From: Candidatus Poribacteria bacterium
GTDB taxonomy: Bacteria; Poribacteria; WGA-4E; WGA-3G
Reading direction: 5' to 3'
Assembly: GCA_963663765.2 (NCBI GenBank)
Contig: CAXXUA010000002.1
Coordinates: forward strand, 237,894-301,893
DNA length: 64,000 bases
Made by a program: the position numbers and the translations under genes. This document shows positions 18,881 through 29,234 of this stretch, piece by piece (the first letter of the stretch is position 1; each line of letters starts with the position of its first letter). Under the pieces are notes generated by a model that had not been told where the DNA came from, searched no databases, and saw only the letters and a list, made by a program, of their open reading frames with translations.

Positions 18881-21568
18881 ATGCCTTTACCTCCTGATTT
18901 TCCTGAATCTCCACATGCGATTATTGACCCTTCAGTTCGTTGGACACCAGATGCTACCCAATTGTCCTTATTGGGTAGTGCCATGTTACTCCCTCCACTT
19001 GTTCAAAAACTACGGGAGGCGGTTAAGACATGGCGTAACGACAACTACAAAGGTGCCTCGGAAACAAGTAAAGCACTGCTCAATTGGTGGTTCAAGACAC
19101 CACACCTGCAAGAACAGTCTGATGGGACAACATCAGAATTTCAATATTACTTTGCCCAACGTGAAGCACTTGAAACTATTGTTTACCTATATGATGTCAT
19201 CAAGGTAAAGGACAAGTACGATTTGATGAGCTTTGACAGTTCAGGTTTTGTTTCGGCAGGAATGTTTGACGAAGATTGGAAACGGTTTGTCATAAAAATG
19301 GCAACAGGCACAGGCAAAACAAAGGTGATGAGTCTTGCTATCGCTTGGAGTTTCTTCCACAAGCTGTATGAATCCGACTCCGATCTCTCCCGCAATTTCC
19401 TTGTCATCGCTCCTAATATCATTGTACTTGACCGTCTTTATAAAGATTTTAAAGGATTAGACATTTTTTTTCAAGACCCAGTACTGCCAAATAACGGTTT
19501 TGAAGGTCATGATTGGCGAAACGATTTTCAACTCACCTTGCATGTGCAGGACGAAGTGCGTACTATCCGATCTACTGGGAACATCTTTCTCACTAATATT
19601 CACCGTGTTTATTCCAGCGACCAAACCCCGCCTTCTCCCGACGATGAGGATAGTAAAGATTATTACTTGGGTGAAAAACCGACTGGAGCAACCACAGATT
19701 CAAAAGTAGACCTCGGAGATATAGTCCGTGATATTGACGAATTGATGGTACTTAACGATGAAGCACATCATATCCATGATCCTCGAATGGCATGGTTCAA
19801 GTCAATCGAGGATATTCATAATCGGCTTGTGCAGAAAGACAGTGAGTTATCATTACAGCTTGACGTAACTGCAACCCCAAAGCATAATAACGGTGCAATC
19901 TTTGTTCAAACTGTAGCAGATTACCCACTTGTAGAGGCTATTTCGCAAGATGTCGTTAAACATCCTATTCTTCCAAATGATGAAAGCAGAAAGAAACTTG
20001 AAGAGAAGCAGAGTGTGAAGTTTACAGAGAGATACGCGGACTATCTACACCTCGGTGTGGTTGAGTGGCGAAAAGCGTCCGAAAGACACGAAAAATTGGG
20101 TAAGAAAGCCATTCTGTTTGTGATGACCGATGATACCAAAAACTGTGATGAGGTAGCAACTTATCTTGAAAACCGTTACCAAGACTTAAGAGATGCTGTG
20201 CTGGTGATTCATACAAAGAATAATGGTGAAATCTCTGAGGCGACATCTGGTAAGAAAAAGGAGGAACTTGAGGAACTCCGAAAGCAAGCGAATGAGATCG
20301 ATTTAGCGATAGACAAAAACCCATATAAGGCAATTGTCTCCGTTTTAATGCTCAAAGAGGGGTGGGATGTAAAGAACGTTACCACAATTGTAGGGCTTCG
20401 CGCTTATACCGCAGCGAGTAATATTTTACCAGAACAGACGCTTGGACGTGGACTTAGACGAATGTATAACAATTCAGTGGATGAGTCTGTGAGTGTCATC
20501 GGCACTGAAGTCTTCATGGAATTTGTTGAAAAGATCCAAGAGGAAGGAGTTGAATTAGAACGTAAAGAAATGGGAGAAGGCACAGAACCCATAGCACCCC
20601 TTGTAATTGAGGTTGACAAGGAAAATGTGGACAAAGACATTGGCGCGCTTGATATTGATATACCGATATTGACACGACGCGTCTATCGTGAATATAAGCA
20701 TCTTGCACACTTAGATGTTAACAGCCTTGACTTCAAACCTATATTGTATTTGACGTTTGGTGTAGATCAGTTACGAGAGATTGAATTCCATTATATGACA
20801 ACAAGTGAGGTTGCACACACAACTATTTTGGAAAGTCCGGGGGCAGAAGACTACCGAAACGCTCTCGGTTATTTTGCACAAACTCTTATGAAGGAACTCC
20901 GACTCGTCGGCGGTTATGATGTACTTTATGCTAAGGTAAAAGAATTTGTTCAGCATTATCTCTTTGGTGAAACGGTGGCATTAGACGATCCCATCACCAT
21001 AAAAAATCTCGCTGAACTCCGCGCCACAAAAACAATTATTGAAACATTCAAACGTGCAATAAATGACCTTACAGTCCAGGACAAAGGAAATGCTAATCTA
21101 AGCGAAACCACCAAAATTAGCAGCACAAGACCTTTTATGGTGAAAGACCAAGAACACTTAGTACCGAAAAAATCAGTGTTCAACATTATCACTGGCGATA
21201 GTCATTTGGAATTGGAATTTGCCAAATTTCTGGAGGAGTGCCCGGACGTTGTATCCTATACAAAAAACTATTATGGGGTGCAGTTTAAACTTGATTATGT
21301 GAATGCCGATGGTGATATTTCTAACTACTATCCCGATTTTATCGTTAAACTGATGGATGGAAGTGTGATTATCGTTGAAACTAAGGGATTAGAAGACTTA
21401 GACGTACCGCTCAAGATGCAACGCCTGTCGCAATGGTGCAAGGATGTTAACAATATCTCAGAAGATGTGACTCATGACTTTGTTTATGTTGATGAGGAGA
21501 GTTTCAGGGTATATCAACCGACAACATTTCAGCAACTGCTTGATGGTTTTACCGAATACAAACCGTAG
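18881..21568 (+). CDS. Type III restriction enzyme Res subunit (SF2 helicase plus PD-(D/E)xK nuclease)
   Basis: MATGTGKT, NDEAHH, TATP, LKEGWDV, QTLGRGLR, YYPDF..VETKG motifs. Confidence 0.9.
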   Translation: MPLPPDFPESPHAIIDPSVRWTPDATQLSLLGSAMLLPPLVQKLREAVKTWRNDNYKGASETSKALLNWWFKTPHLQEQSDGTTSEFQYYFAQREALETIVYLYDVIKVKDKYDLMSFDSSGFVSAGMFDEDWKRFVIKMATGTGKTKVMSLAIAWSFFHKLYESDSDLSRNFLVIAPNIIVLDRLYKDFKGLDIFFQDPVLPNNGFEGHDWRNDFQLTLHVQDEVRTIRSTGNIFLTNIHRVYSSDQTPPSPDDEDSKDYYLGEKPTGATTDSKVDLGDIVRDIDELMVLNDEAHHIHDPRMAWFKSIEDIHNRLVQKDSELSLQLDVTATPKHNNGAIFVQTVADYPLVEAISQDVVKHPILPNDESRKKLEEKQSVKFTERYADYLHLGVVEWRKASERHEKLGKKAILFVMTDDTKNCDEVATYLENRYQDLRDAVLVIHTKNNGEISEATSGKKKEELEELRKQANEIDLAIDKNPYKAIVSVLMLKEGWDVKNVTTIVGLRAYTAASNILPEQTLGRGLRRMYNNSVDESVSVIGTEVFMEFVEKIQEEGVELERKEMGEGTEPIAPLVIEVDKENVDKDIGALDIDIPILTRRVYREYKHLAHLDVNSLDFKPILYLTFGVDQLREIEFHYMTTSEVAHTTILESPGAEDYRNALGYFAQTLMKELRLVGGYDVLYAKVKEFVQHYLFGETVALDDPITIKNLAELRATKTIIETFKRAINDLTVQDKGNANLSETTKISSTRPFMVKDQEHLVPKKSVFNIITGDSHLELEFAKFLEECPDVVSYTKNYYGVQFKLDYVNADGDISNYYPDFIVKLMDGSVIIVETKGLEDLDVPLKMQRLSQWCKDVNNISEDVTHDFVYVDEESFRVYQPTTFQQLLDGFTEYKP

Positions 21569-21599
21569 TGATAAAGCTCTCAATAACCATTCTCATTTT

Positions 21600-21628
21600 T
21601 TGACAAACACCACATTTTTTGATACAAT
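21600..21628 (+). promoter_or_regulatory. Internal sigma70 promoter within the RM locus
   Basis: TTGACA-17 bp-TACAAT, 8 nt before ATG 21637. Confidence 0.6.
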
Positions 21629-21636
21629 AATAGATT

Positions 21637-22113
21637 ATGAAAAACTTAAATTGGGTTCTGGCCAGCTTGCTAGTACTTGTTGCTCTGGGGATATCAGTTT
21701 TAGTCGTGTACACAACAACCACAAGAACTTTAACCGCTGTAGAAAGTACCATTTGGCAGGTCTTTGTCCTTACTGCAGGACTTGCAGGTTCTTTTATTTT
21801 TGGTCGACAGTCGGCTCGTGAAGCTGCAAGAGAAATGATTAAGCCACATGCCAAGTCTGCATTCAGACGACTTGTTTCTTTATACGAAAGTCTTTCCCGA
21901 GCTTCAAATGAAATAGAATTGACAGAGAGTTCAGAATCTTCTGAAGACATTCGAGTAACAATTGCTAAACTTGACGCAATTGTTACTGAGCAACTAAACG
22001 CAGCAGATGATGCGTTAGAAGATTGGAGAGACATTGTTCCAGAAGACGTAGAAGAGTTAAAACAGAAACTTGAATCAAAAATACAAGGAGGGATTGGTAG
22101 TGACACAAACTAA
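21637..22113 (+). CDS. Hypothetical protein, two TM helices plus coiled-coil
   Basis: Two N-terminal hydrophobic segments and an acidic helical tail. Confidence 0.7.
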   Translation: MKNLNWVLASLLVLVALGISVLVVYTTTTRTLTAVESTIWQVFVLTAGLAGSFIFGRQSAREAAREMIKPHAKSAFRRLVSLYESLSRASNEIELTESSESSEDIRVTIAKLDAIVTEQLNAADDALEDWRDIVPEDVEELKQKLESKIQGGIGSDTN

Positions 22114-22477
22114 ACCAATTCGTGGTAAAGTAGCACGAATTTTGACCGAAAGGGCACTCGTAATAAATATAGGTGAGGTAGATGGTGTAAATTACGGTAT
22201 GGAGTTTTATATCTCAAACATTATTCCGGTAATAGATCCTGATACGTCTAAAGAAATAGGTAAGGTTGATTGGCCTATTGTTTATTTATACGTTAATGAT
22301 GTTCAAGAACATATAACTGTTTTATTCTCAAAAGACAAACCTTTGTTCTCAGGAGACAAGGGTTCATTTAGTAAATCTCTATTATCTTCAAGTAGAGCAT
22401 TTGTAAATATTGGAGATCCTGTCGTACAAGTCTTTGAAACAGACGAACCAGAACAGAAAGACTCCAACGTGAATTAA
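22100..22477 (+). CDS. Hypothetical beta-rich protein (FlgT C-terminal-like)
   Basis: GKVARI..LVINIG..DGV..GM.F..IDPDT.KEIG pattern; GGAGG RBS before GTG 22100. Confidence 0.6.
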   Translation: MTQTKPIRGKVARILTERALVINIGEVDGVNYGMEFYISNIIPVIDPDTSKEIGKVDWPIVYLYVNDVQEHITVLFSKDKPLFSGDKGSFSKSLLSSSRAFVNIGDPVVQVFETDEPEQKDSNVN

Positions 22478-22489
22478 CGAAGGATATCC

Positions 22490-24625
22490 ATGCCACGACT
22501 CACCGAATCAGAACAACAAGAAATTATCCGCTATCTTGAAGCAGACAAACCGCTGCCCGAAAAATACCGCTTTTTGCTGTTTGAAGATAAGCGCGAAGTA
22601 GAACTCGTTTGGAACGGCAAGACTAACGAAGTTTGCAACATCGTGCTTCCATTCCAGACTATTGAACACGTAGACGAACCCCGGACAGAAAAACCCACTG
22701 AAGATAACCTGCAACTCGATTTATTTGACACGCGCGGCCGCCAACGCAAAGGCTGGACAAACAAGTTGATCTGGGGTGATAACAAATTAGTTTTATCATC
22801 ACTCAAGAACGGACCGCTGCGTGAGGAAATTGAAGCACAAGGCGGACTAAAACTTATCTATATTGACCCGCCGTTTGACGTAGGTGCGGATTTTTCTATG
22901 GATATTGAGATTGGCGGCGAAACGCTTACCAAAAACGCTAATATCCTTGAAGAAATAGCCTACCGCGACACATGGGGTAAAGGTGCTGATTCTTTTATTG
23001 CCATGATTTATGAGCGGTTGATTCTGATGCGGGATTTACTTACAGAGGACGGCAGTATTTATGTGCATTGCGATTGGCGTGTGAATAGTCACATTCGTTT
23101 AGCTTTAGATGAAGCGTTTAGAAATAATTTTGAACGGGAAGTAATTTGGTCATTTGATACAAAATCAGGATACAAATCTGCAGTTACGAATTGGGTAAGA
23201 AGTCATGATACAATTCTTTTTTATTCAAAAAATCACGATAAAAAAATCTTCAATAAACAATTTACACCGTATGATGATAAGTATTTAGAGAGGTTCAAAA
23301 GTGTTGATGCTGATGGCAGAAAATATCGAGATGACAGGGGAAATGGAAAAAAACAGTACCTTGATGAACTTCAAGGGATAGCCATTCCAGATGTATGGAG
23401 AGACATTAAATCTTTTCAACAAGATGCTACATCTGACGAATATTTGAATTATCCTACTCAAAAAAGGGAGGCCCTACTTGAACGCATCATCAAAGCATCT
23501 TCTAATGAAGGTGACCTTGTTGCAGACTTCTTCTGTGGTTCTGGTACTACCGCCGCTGTTGCTGAAAAACTTGGACGTAAATGGATTATCACAGACCTCG
23601 GCAAGTTTGCCATTCACACCACACGCAAACGGATGATCAGGGTGCAACGTCAACGCAAAGTGGACGGTGAAGACTATCGCGCTTTTGAGATTCTCAATCT
23701 CGGCAAGTATGAACGCCAACATTATATCGGTGTTAATCCAAATCTGCGCGAAGTTGAACAGCAGAAACAGTTAGAGGAAAAGGAAAAGATGTTTATTGAG
23801 CTTATCCTGCGTGCTTATTCAGCCGAAAAAGCGGAAGGTTTTGCCAGTTTTCAGGGTAAAAAAGCGGGAAGGCTTATCGCAATCGGTCCTGTCAATTTAC
23901 CTGTAACACGTCTGTTCATAGAGGAAATTATCCTTGAATGCCGTAAGCATCAGATTACCCGTGTTGACGTTCTCGGCTTTGAGTTTGAGATGGGGTTGTT
24001 TCCTAATGTGTTGCAGGAAGCGAAAAACAAAGGTATTGACCTTGCACCGAAATATATCCCTGCCGAAGTATTTGATAAGCGTGCAGTGGAGCAGAAGCAG
24101 GTTGTTTTTCACGATGTGGCGTTTATTGAAGTTAAACCTCATGTGACAGCAGCAGAAGGAGATAAACCCGCTACGGTAAAGGTAGAATTGACCGATTTTT
24201 CTGTCTTTTATTCACAGGATTCTATCTCACACGCTGAGCAGACATTAAAGAATAAGGGTAGTAAAATCGTTGTGGAGAAAGGGAAAGTCGTAAAAGTTAG
24301 CAAAGATGCTGAAGGTAATACTACGCGAGAAACATTAACCAAAGAGTGGACAGACTGGATAGACTACTGGTCAGTTGATTTTGATTTTGAGAGCAAACGC
24401 GAAATTATCCGTGTGCAGAATCCCGACACGGATGAGTGGGAAGAGCAGTGGTCAGGTGACTTTATCTTTGAAAATGAGTGGCAAAGTTTCCGCACCAAGA
24501 AGGATCGTTCTTTGGAATTAACGAGTATTGCTTACGAATGCGAACCTCGTCCCCGCAAAATCGCTGTTAAAGTTGTAGACATTTTCGGTAATGATACGAT
24601 GACTATTGTAGAGGTGAACATTTGA
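22490..24625 (+). CDS. Type III RM Mod subunit (N6-adenine DNA methyltransferase)
   Basis: LIWGDN, IYIDPPF, YPTQK, DFFCGSGTT motifs. Confidence 0.92.
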   Translation: MPRLTESEQQEIIRYLEADKPLPEKYRFLLFEDKREVELVWNGKTNEVCNIVLPFQTIEHVDEPRTEKPTEDNLQLDLFDTRGRQRKGWTNKLIWGDNKLVLSSLKNGPLREEIEAQGGLKLIYIDPPFDVGADFSMDIEIGGETLTKNANILEEIAYRDTWGKGADSFIAMIYERLILMRDLLTEDGSIYVHCDWRVNSHIRLALDEAFRNNFEREVIWSFDTKSGYKSAVTNWVRSHDTILFYSKNHDKKIFNKQFTPYDDKYLERFKSVDADGRKYRDDRGNGKKQYLDELQGIAIPDVWRDIKSFQQDATSDEYLNYPTQKREALLERIIKASSNEGDLVADFFCGSGTTAAVAEKLGRKWIITDLGKFAIHTTRKRMIRVQRQRKVDGEDYRAFEILNLGKYERQHYIGVNPNLREVEQQKQLEEKEKMFIELILRAYSAEKAEGFASFQGKKAGRLIAIGPVNLPVTRLFIEEIILECRKHQITRVDVLGFEFEMGLFPNVLQEAKNKGIDLAPKYIPAEVFDKRAVEQKQVVFHDVAFIEVKPHVTAAEGDKPATVKVELTDFSVFYSQDSISHAEQTLKNKGSKIVVEKGKVVKVSKDAEGNTTRETLTKEWTDWIDYWSVDFDFESKREIIRVQNPDTDEWEEQWSGDFIFENEWQSFRTKKDRSLELTSIAYECEPRPRKIAVKVVDIFGNDTMTIVEVNI

Positions 24626-26199
24626 AAATAAAATCAATTCATTTACAGAATTTCAAGCGGTTTACGGACTTGATAATTCAAAACATACCCGCGACAGCAA
24701 AATTGGTGGTTCTTCTCGGACCTAACGGTTGTGGAAAATCATCTTTGTTTGATGCGTTACATTATAAGTCTTATGGATATAGAAATGTGTCACGTGGTAG
24801 TGACGATCTTGATTATTATTCCAAAAAATATTCTCCTGAAAGAAGACGCATTGAACCAATAGATGTTAAATTTTATGACGACTCACAGTCCAATTTAAGT
24901 AAAGCGATTTATGTGCGAACCGCCTACCGTAATGACCCTGTTTTAAATATTGGTGCGATACAAACAATGCCATCGGTAATTCAAGAGACAAGGTTCAGGT
25001 CTATGATTGAAAATGATGCAGCTGTTACTGTCAATTATCAAAGACTCGTTTCTAATGCGGTGGAACGCGCATTTAACAGGGAGGATCGAGCAAAAACTTT
25101 AGGAGACTTTCAGGACGAGATACTTGGTGAAATTCAAGCAGCTATGAAACGTCTCTTTCCTGATTTAGTTCTCAATAGTTTAGGTAACCCACTTAATGAG
25201 AAAAGTTTTACTTTTGACAAGGGAACGAGTAAAAAATTTCTTTATAAGAATCTCTCAGGGGGAGAAAAATCTGCTTTTGATCTACTTCTTGATATTTTTG
25301 TCAAAAAAGTAGAATATGACGACACTGTTTTTTGTATAGATGAGCCGGAAGCACACATGAATCCGAGATTACAAGGAAGGCTCCTCAAAGAGCTCTTCCA
25401 CCTTGTGAATGATAAATCACAATTGTGGATCGCGACACATGCAATTGGAATGATGCGGAAGGCATTCCAGTTGCACGAGCAGCATAAGGAGCAAGTTGTA
25501 TTTCTTGATTTCACTGATGGGAAGTTTGATAAGTCAGAGGTTATAGAACCTACTAAACCTAATCGTAGATTCTGGGAACAGACTCATGAAATTGCTTTAG
25601 ACGATTTAGCTGCCCTCGTCGCTCCAGATCAAATTGTTATTTGTGAAGGGAGTCATGGAGATGAAGGTTTTGATGCCGAATGCTACAATCAAATCTTTTC
25701 TGAAAAATTTCCCAATGTGAAATTCATTTCAGCAGGTGGAAAGGGAGGTTTACAAAATTACATTCCGGTAATTGGCGCGGTTACGAAAGGCGCAAACGTT
25801 TTTGGACTCAGAGATTTTGATGATGACACTTCACCTGCCGATGTGGTCCGGTTAGAAAAAGAAGGAATAAAGGTTTTAAAACGTGGAAAAATCGAAGACT
25901 ATCTGCTTGCGGATGATGTATTGCAGGCACTATGTCAGGATAAAAAGTTAGAACCTTGTAATGAAAAAATAGTCGAATTGATAAAATTGCGAGGCAGTGT
26001 TGCAGATATAAAAAGTGCTTCTAATCAAATCCGTAGACAGGTAATTGAGTGGGGAGTGCGCGGAGCAGGTGAGACTCGTGAAGGATTTCTGCGTGATACA
26101 CTTGCTCCGTTAATCAAGCCCGGAATGCAAACTTACAATGAATTGAAGGAAATAATTTTTGGTTGTGACACGATGACGATTGATGAAATAAACGTGTGA
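24622..26199 (+). CDS. ABC-type ATPase with Toprim-like C-terminus (OLD-like, putative defence protein)
   Basis: NFKRF, GPNGCGKS, LSGGE, IDEPEAH, IATH; C-terminal VICEG..D and RDFD. Confidence 0.75.
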   Translation: MKIKSIHLQNFKRFTDLIIQNIPATAKLVVLLGPNGCGKSSLFDALHYKSYGYRNVSRGSDDLDYYSKKYSPERRRIEPIDVKFYDDSQSNLSKAIYVRTAYRNDPVLNIGAIQTMPSVIQETRFRSMIENDAAVTVNYQRLVSNAVERAFNREDRAKTLGDFQDEILGEIQAAMKRLFPDLVLNSLGNPLNEKSFTFDKGTSKKFLYKNLSGGEKSAFDLLLDIFVKKVEYDDTVFCIDEPEAHMNPRLQGRLLKELFHLVNDKSQLWIATHAIGMMRKAFQLHEQHKEQVVFLDFTDGKFDKSEVIEPTKPNRRFWEQTHEIALDDLAALVAPDQIVICEGSHGDEGFDAECYNQIFSEKFPNVKFISAGGKGGLQNYIPVIGAVTKGANVFGLRDFDDDTSPADVVRLEKEGIKVLKRGKIEDYLLADDVLQALCQDKKLEPCNEKIVELIKLRGSVADIKSASNQIRRQVIEWGVRGAGETREGFLRDTLAPLIKPGMQTYNELKEIIFGCDTMTIDEINV

Positions 26200-26240
26200 A
26201 ACAAACAATTGAACCGTCAGCGTTAGCTAGGAGATAGATC

Positions 26241-27128
26241 ATGCAAAGAGAAGTCCGTTGGGAACGCATGTTCCCTGATGAATTAGAAGCAGCCTTTGAC
26301 GCATGTCCAGGCGTTTATTTCACCTACGGTCTGTGTGAACCACACGGACCACAGAATGCCGTTGGACTTGACACACTCAAGGCACATGCAATTGCTTGTC
26401 GTGCAGCAAAAACTCACGGTGGCATTGTCGCACCACCCGACTACTGGCACATACATGAACACGGTACGTATGCGAATTGGGCACAGCAGAACGTCGGTGA
26501 AGTGCGAAGTTGGATGACAGCAATGCCCGCATGGCAACACTTCAAAAATGTGTGTTATCACGTCCGTGCAGCCGATGCACTCGGATTCCACGCTGCCATC
26601 TTCCTCACAGGACACTATGGACCGAATTGGCAAGACCTCAAAACACTCTTGGAGTTAATTCAACCGCACTTTTCAATGCGCTTTTACGGACTGCCGGATT
26701 TTGAAGCAAACTCCCCAGGATTCGACAAACAAGGTAACAGTGGCGACCACGCAGGTAGAGTGGAAACTTCGCTATTATGGGCGTTAGAACCAGATTGTGT
26801 TGATATGTCTCGGATGCCAGCAAAAGATGAACCAGGACCGCACTTCGCAATGGGATCAAATGCTTATGACTCAGACCGACGAATCGGTGAACGTATGGTC
26901 AACGATGAAGTCACTTGGCTTGGCAACAAGATGCAAGAAGTGCTTGATGATTATTCACAACAGAACATCACCAAACGCCAACCTGTAACCTTTGAAGAAG
27001 TTGAAAAGATTTGGAAAGAACAGATAACCCCTGCTTTGAAAACCTTCAAGACCATGCAAAATGCAGGTGAACCACCTCCCGAAAATTCACAATGGTTTCG
27101 TCAGTGGAAAATTCCTGACATTTCATAA
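26241..27128 (+). CDS. Creatininase family amidohydrolase
   Basis: GLCEPHGP..GLD, TGHYG, DHAGRVETS motifs. Confidence 0.85.
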   Translation: MQREVRWERMFPDELEAAFDACPGVYFTYGLCEPHGPQNAVGLDTLKAHAIACRAAKTHGGIVAPPDYWHIHEHGTYANWAQQNVGEVRSWMTAMPAWQHFKNVCYHVRAADALGFHAAIFLTGHYGPNWQDLKTLLELIQPHFSMRFYGLPDFEANSPGFDKQGNSGDHAGRVETSLLWALEPDCVDMSRMPAKDEPGPHFAMGSNAYDSDRRIGERMVNDEVTWLGNKMQEVLDDYSQQNITKRQPVTFEEVEKIWKEQITPALKTFKTMQNAGEPPPENSQWFRQWKIPDIS

Positions 27129-27140
27129 AAAGGACATCTC

Positions 27141-27902
27141 ATGACGTCAATAAACAAACAATTTTTAGAAACATATCAAAATGATGGGTTCTTGACCGGA
27201 ATACGTGTCGCAGACGATTTGGAAGCAAAACATTTTCGCAAAGAATATGATGCATTAGAAGCAAAAGTTGGAGCAGAAAAATGCGAAATTGGACTCATTG
27301 ATTGGCATTTTGACTACAAATTTATATGGGAACTCGCATCACATCCTAAAATAATTGATGTTATTGAAGCACTTATCGGATCAGACATAATGTTGTTAGC
27401 CACGCATTTCTTTTGCAAATATGGACCGCGCGAGAAATTCGTTGCATGGCATCAAGATGTAACCTATTGGGGACTTGAACCACCAGTTGCTGTTACCGCA
27501 TGGTATGCCATTGATGACAGCGACATTGGAAATGGATGTATGCAGGTTATATCGGGTAGCCACAGTAAAGGCATTCAAGAACATGGAAAATCCGATCAAA
27601 AGGGTAATTTACTCAGTATCAATCAAGAAGTTCCAGTCACTACATCAGAAGCAGAATCCGCTGTTAACCTCGTGCTCAAAGCAGGTGAAATGTCAATACA
27701 TCACGGGATGATAATTCACGGAAGTTTACCGAATCATTCAAAACGTCGGCGATGTGGTTTAACAATTCGTTATATCCCGCCATCAGTAAAACAAGCGGAG
27801 GACAATTCATTGAAACGTCCTTGGAAACCCATCCTCTTACGGGGTGAAGACCGATATCGGAACTTCGCAACCGAACCAAATCCCTTCCCACTACCCAAAT
27901 AG
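27141..27902 (+). CDS. PhyH family dioxygenase
   Basis: WHQD.TYW, NGCMQVI.GSH, HGSLPN.S.RRRCG motifs. Confidence 0.9.
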   Translation: MTSINKQFLETYQNDGFLTGIRVADDLEAKHFRKEYDALEAKVGAEKCEIGLIDWHFDYKFIWELASHPKIIDVIEALIGSDIMLLATHFFCKYGPREKFVAWHQDVTYWGLEPPVAVTAWYAIDDSDIGNGCMQVISGSHSKGIQEHGKSDQKGNLLSINQEVPVTTSEAESAVNLVLKAGEMSIHHGMIIHGSLPNHSKRRRCGLTIRYIPPSVKQAEDNSLKRPWKPILLRGEDRYRNFATEPNPFPLPK

Positions 27903-27927
27903 ACAAAATTTCTATATAAGGATGACA

Positions 27928-29046
27928 ATGCAAACCCATAACTATGATGTAATTGTTATCGGAGCAGGTGGAATGGGAAGTGCAACCGCATATCACCTTG
28001 CCAAATCAGGTGCGAATGTACTTGTATTAGAGCAGTTTCATCGTGGACATAAATTCGGTAGTTCGCACGGTGAAACCCGTATCATCCGCTTCTTTTATGA
28101 AAAACCATTTTACACTGAACTGATGAAGACCGCATATCAGGAGTGGCGCGATCTTGAAGCATCGTCAGGGAAACAACTACTGTTCATTACTGGAAGCGTC
28201 AATTTAGGAAAAAGTGGTAATGAATATGTAATGTCGGTTCGGAAATGTATGGAGGCAGCTGGAATACAATCAGAATGGTGGGACGCAAATAAATTAAGAC
28301 AAGAATACCCACAGTTCAATAACACAAAGGAAATGGATATTCTATGGCAAAAAGACTCTGGATTTCTTTATGCTTCCGAATGCGTTTCAACACATATTCA
28401 GTTAGCAGAAAAACTTGGTGCAGATATTCATGACAGAACTCCTGTCACCCATATAGATTGGCAAGCAGATATACCAATCGTTCATACCATAGAAAACCAA
28501 TTCCGATGCAACAAAGTAGTAGTGACTACAGGTGCATGGACATCCTCACTACTAACTGAGCTCACAATACCCCTAACAGTAACCAAACAACAGGTGTGCT
28601 TCTACAAACCCTTGGATACAGCGTTCAGATCAGACCAGTTCCCGGTTTTCACTGAAGTAACTGAGCACGGAGAATTCCTTTACGGCATGCCTTACTATGG
28701 AAAAAACGGAGTAAAAGTCGCACGACACGGTAAAGGAATACGTGTTCACCCTGATAGATGCAATCGGAAACCTGATGCAGACTATATCAATCATATAGAT
28801 GCTTATGTATCTGAACGTATTCCAGAACTTGGAAATTCTACTCATGCTGAAGTCTGTTTATATACCGAAACACATGATGAAGATTTCGTCATTGATAAAC
28901 ACCCCAATTGTCAAAATGTCCTAATTGCAGCTGGATTTTCCGGACACGGTTTTAAGTTTTGTTCACTCGTGGGACGCATTATGTCTGAATTAACACTGAC
29001 TGGTGAATCAGCATTTGACATTAGTCCATTTCGCATTGATCGTTAG
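27928..29046 (+). CDS. solA: N-methyltryptophan oxidase / monomeric sarcosine oxidase family
   Basis: GAGGMGS, GSSHGETRIIR, CLYT (covalent-FAD Cys), GFSGHGFKF motifs. Confidence 0.88.
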   Translation: MQTHNYDVIVIGAGGMGSATAYHLAKSGANVLVLEQFHRGHKFGSSHGETRIIRFFYEKPFYTELMKTAYQEWRDLEASSGKQLLFITGSVNLGKSGNEYVMSVRKCMEAAGIQSEWWDANKLRQEYPQFNNTKEMDILWQKDSGFLYASECVSTHIQLAEKLGADIHDRTPVTHIDWQADIPIVHTIENQFRCNKVVVTTGAWTSSLLTELTIPLTVTKQQVCFYKPLDTAFRSDQFPVFTEVTEHGEFLYGMPYYGKNGVKVARHGKGIRVHPDRCNRKPDADYINHIDAYVSERIPELGNSTHAEVCLYTETHDEDFVIDKHPNCQNVLIAAGFSGHGFKFCSLVGRIMSELTLTGESAFDISPFRIDR

Positions 29047-29234
29047 ACTATAAGAAAGGAATCCATTTATCCAAAAGAAAGACAAGTATAATAAAACATA
29101 ACCGTAGTAAAAATAATTAAAAATGATACATGTGTTGATTGTCTAATACTTACAGATATCGCTGTGGGAATCTGATGAATAGAAAGTGGTAAATCATCAA
29201 AGAAAAAGGGTTGAATAATGCAAAAGGACAAGTT

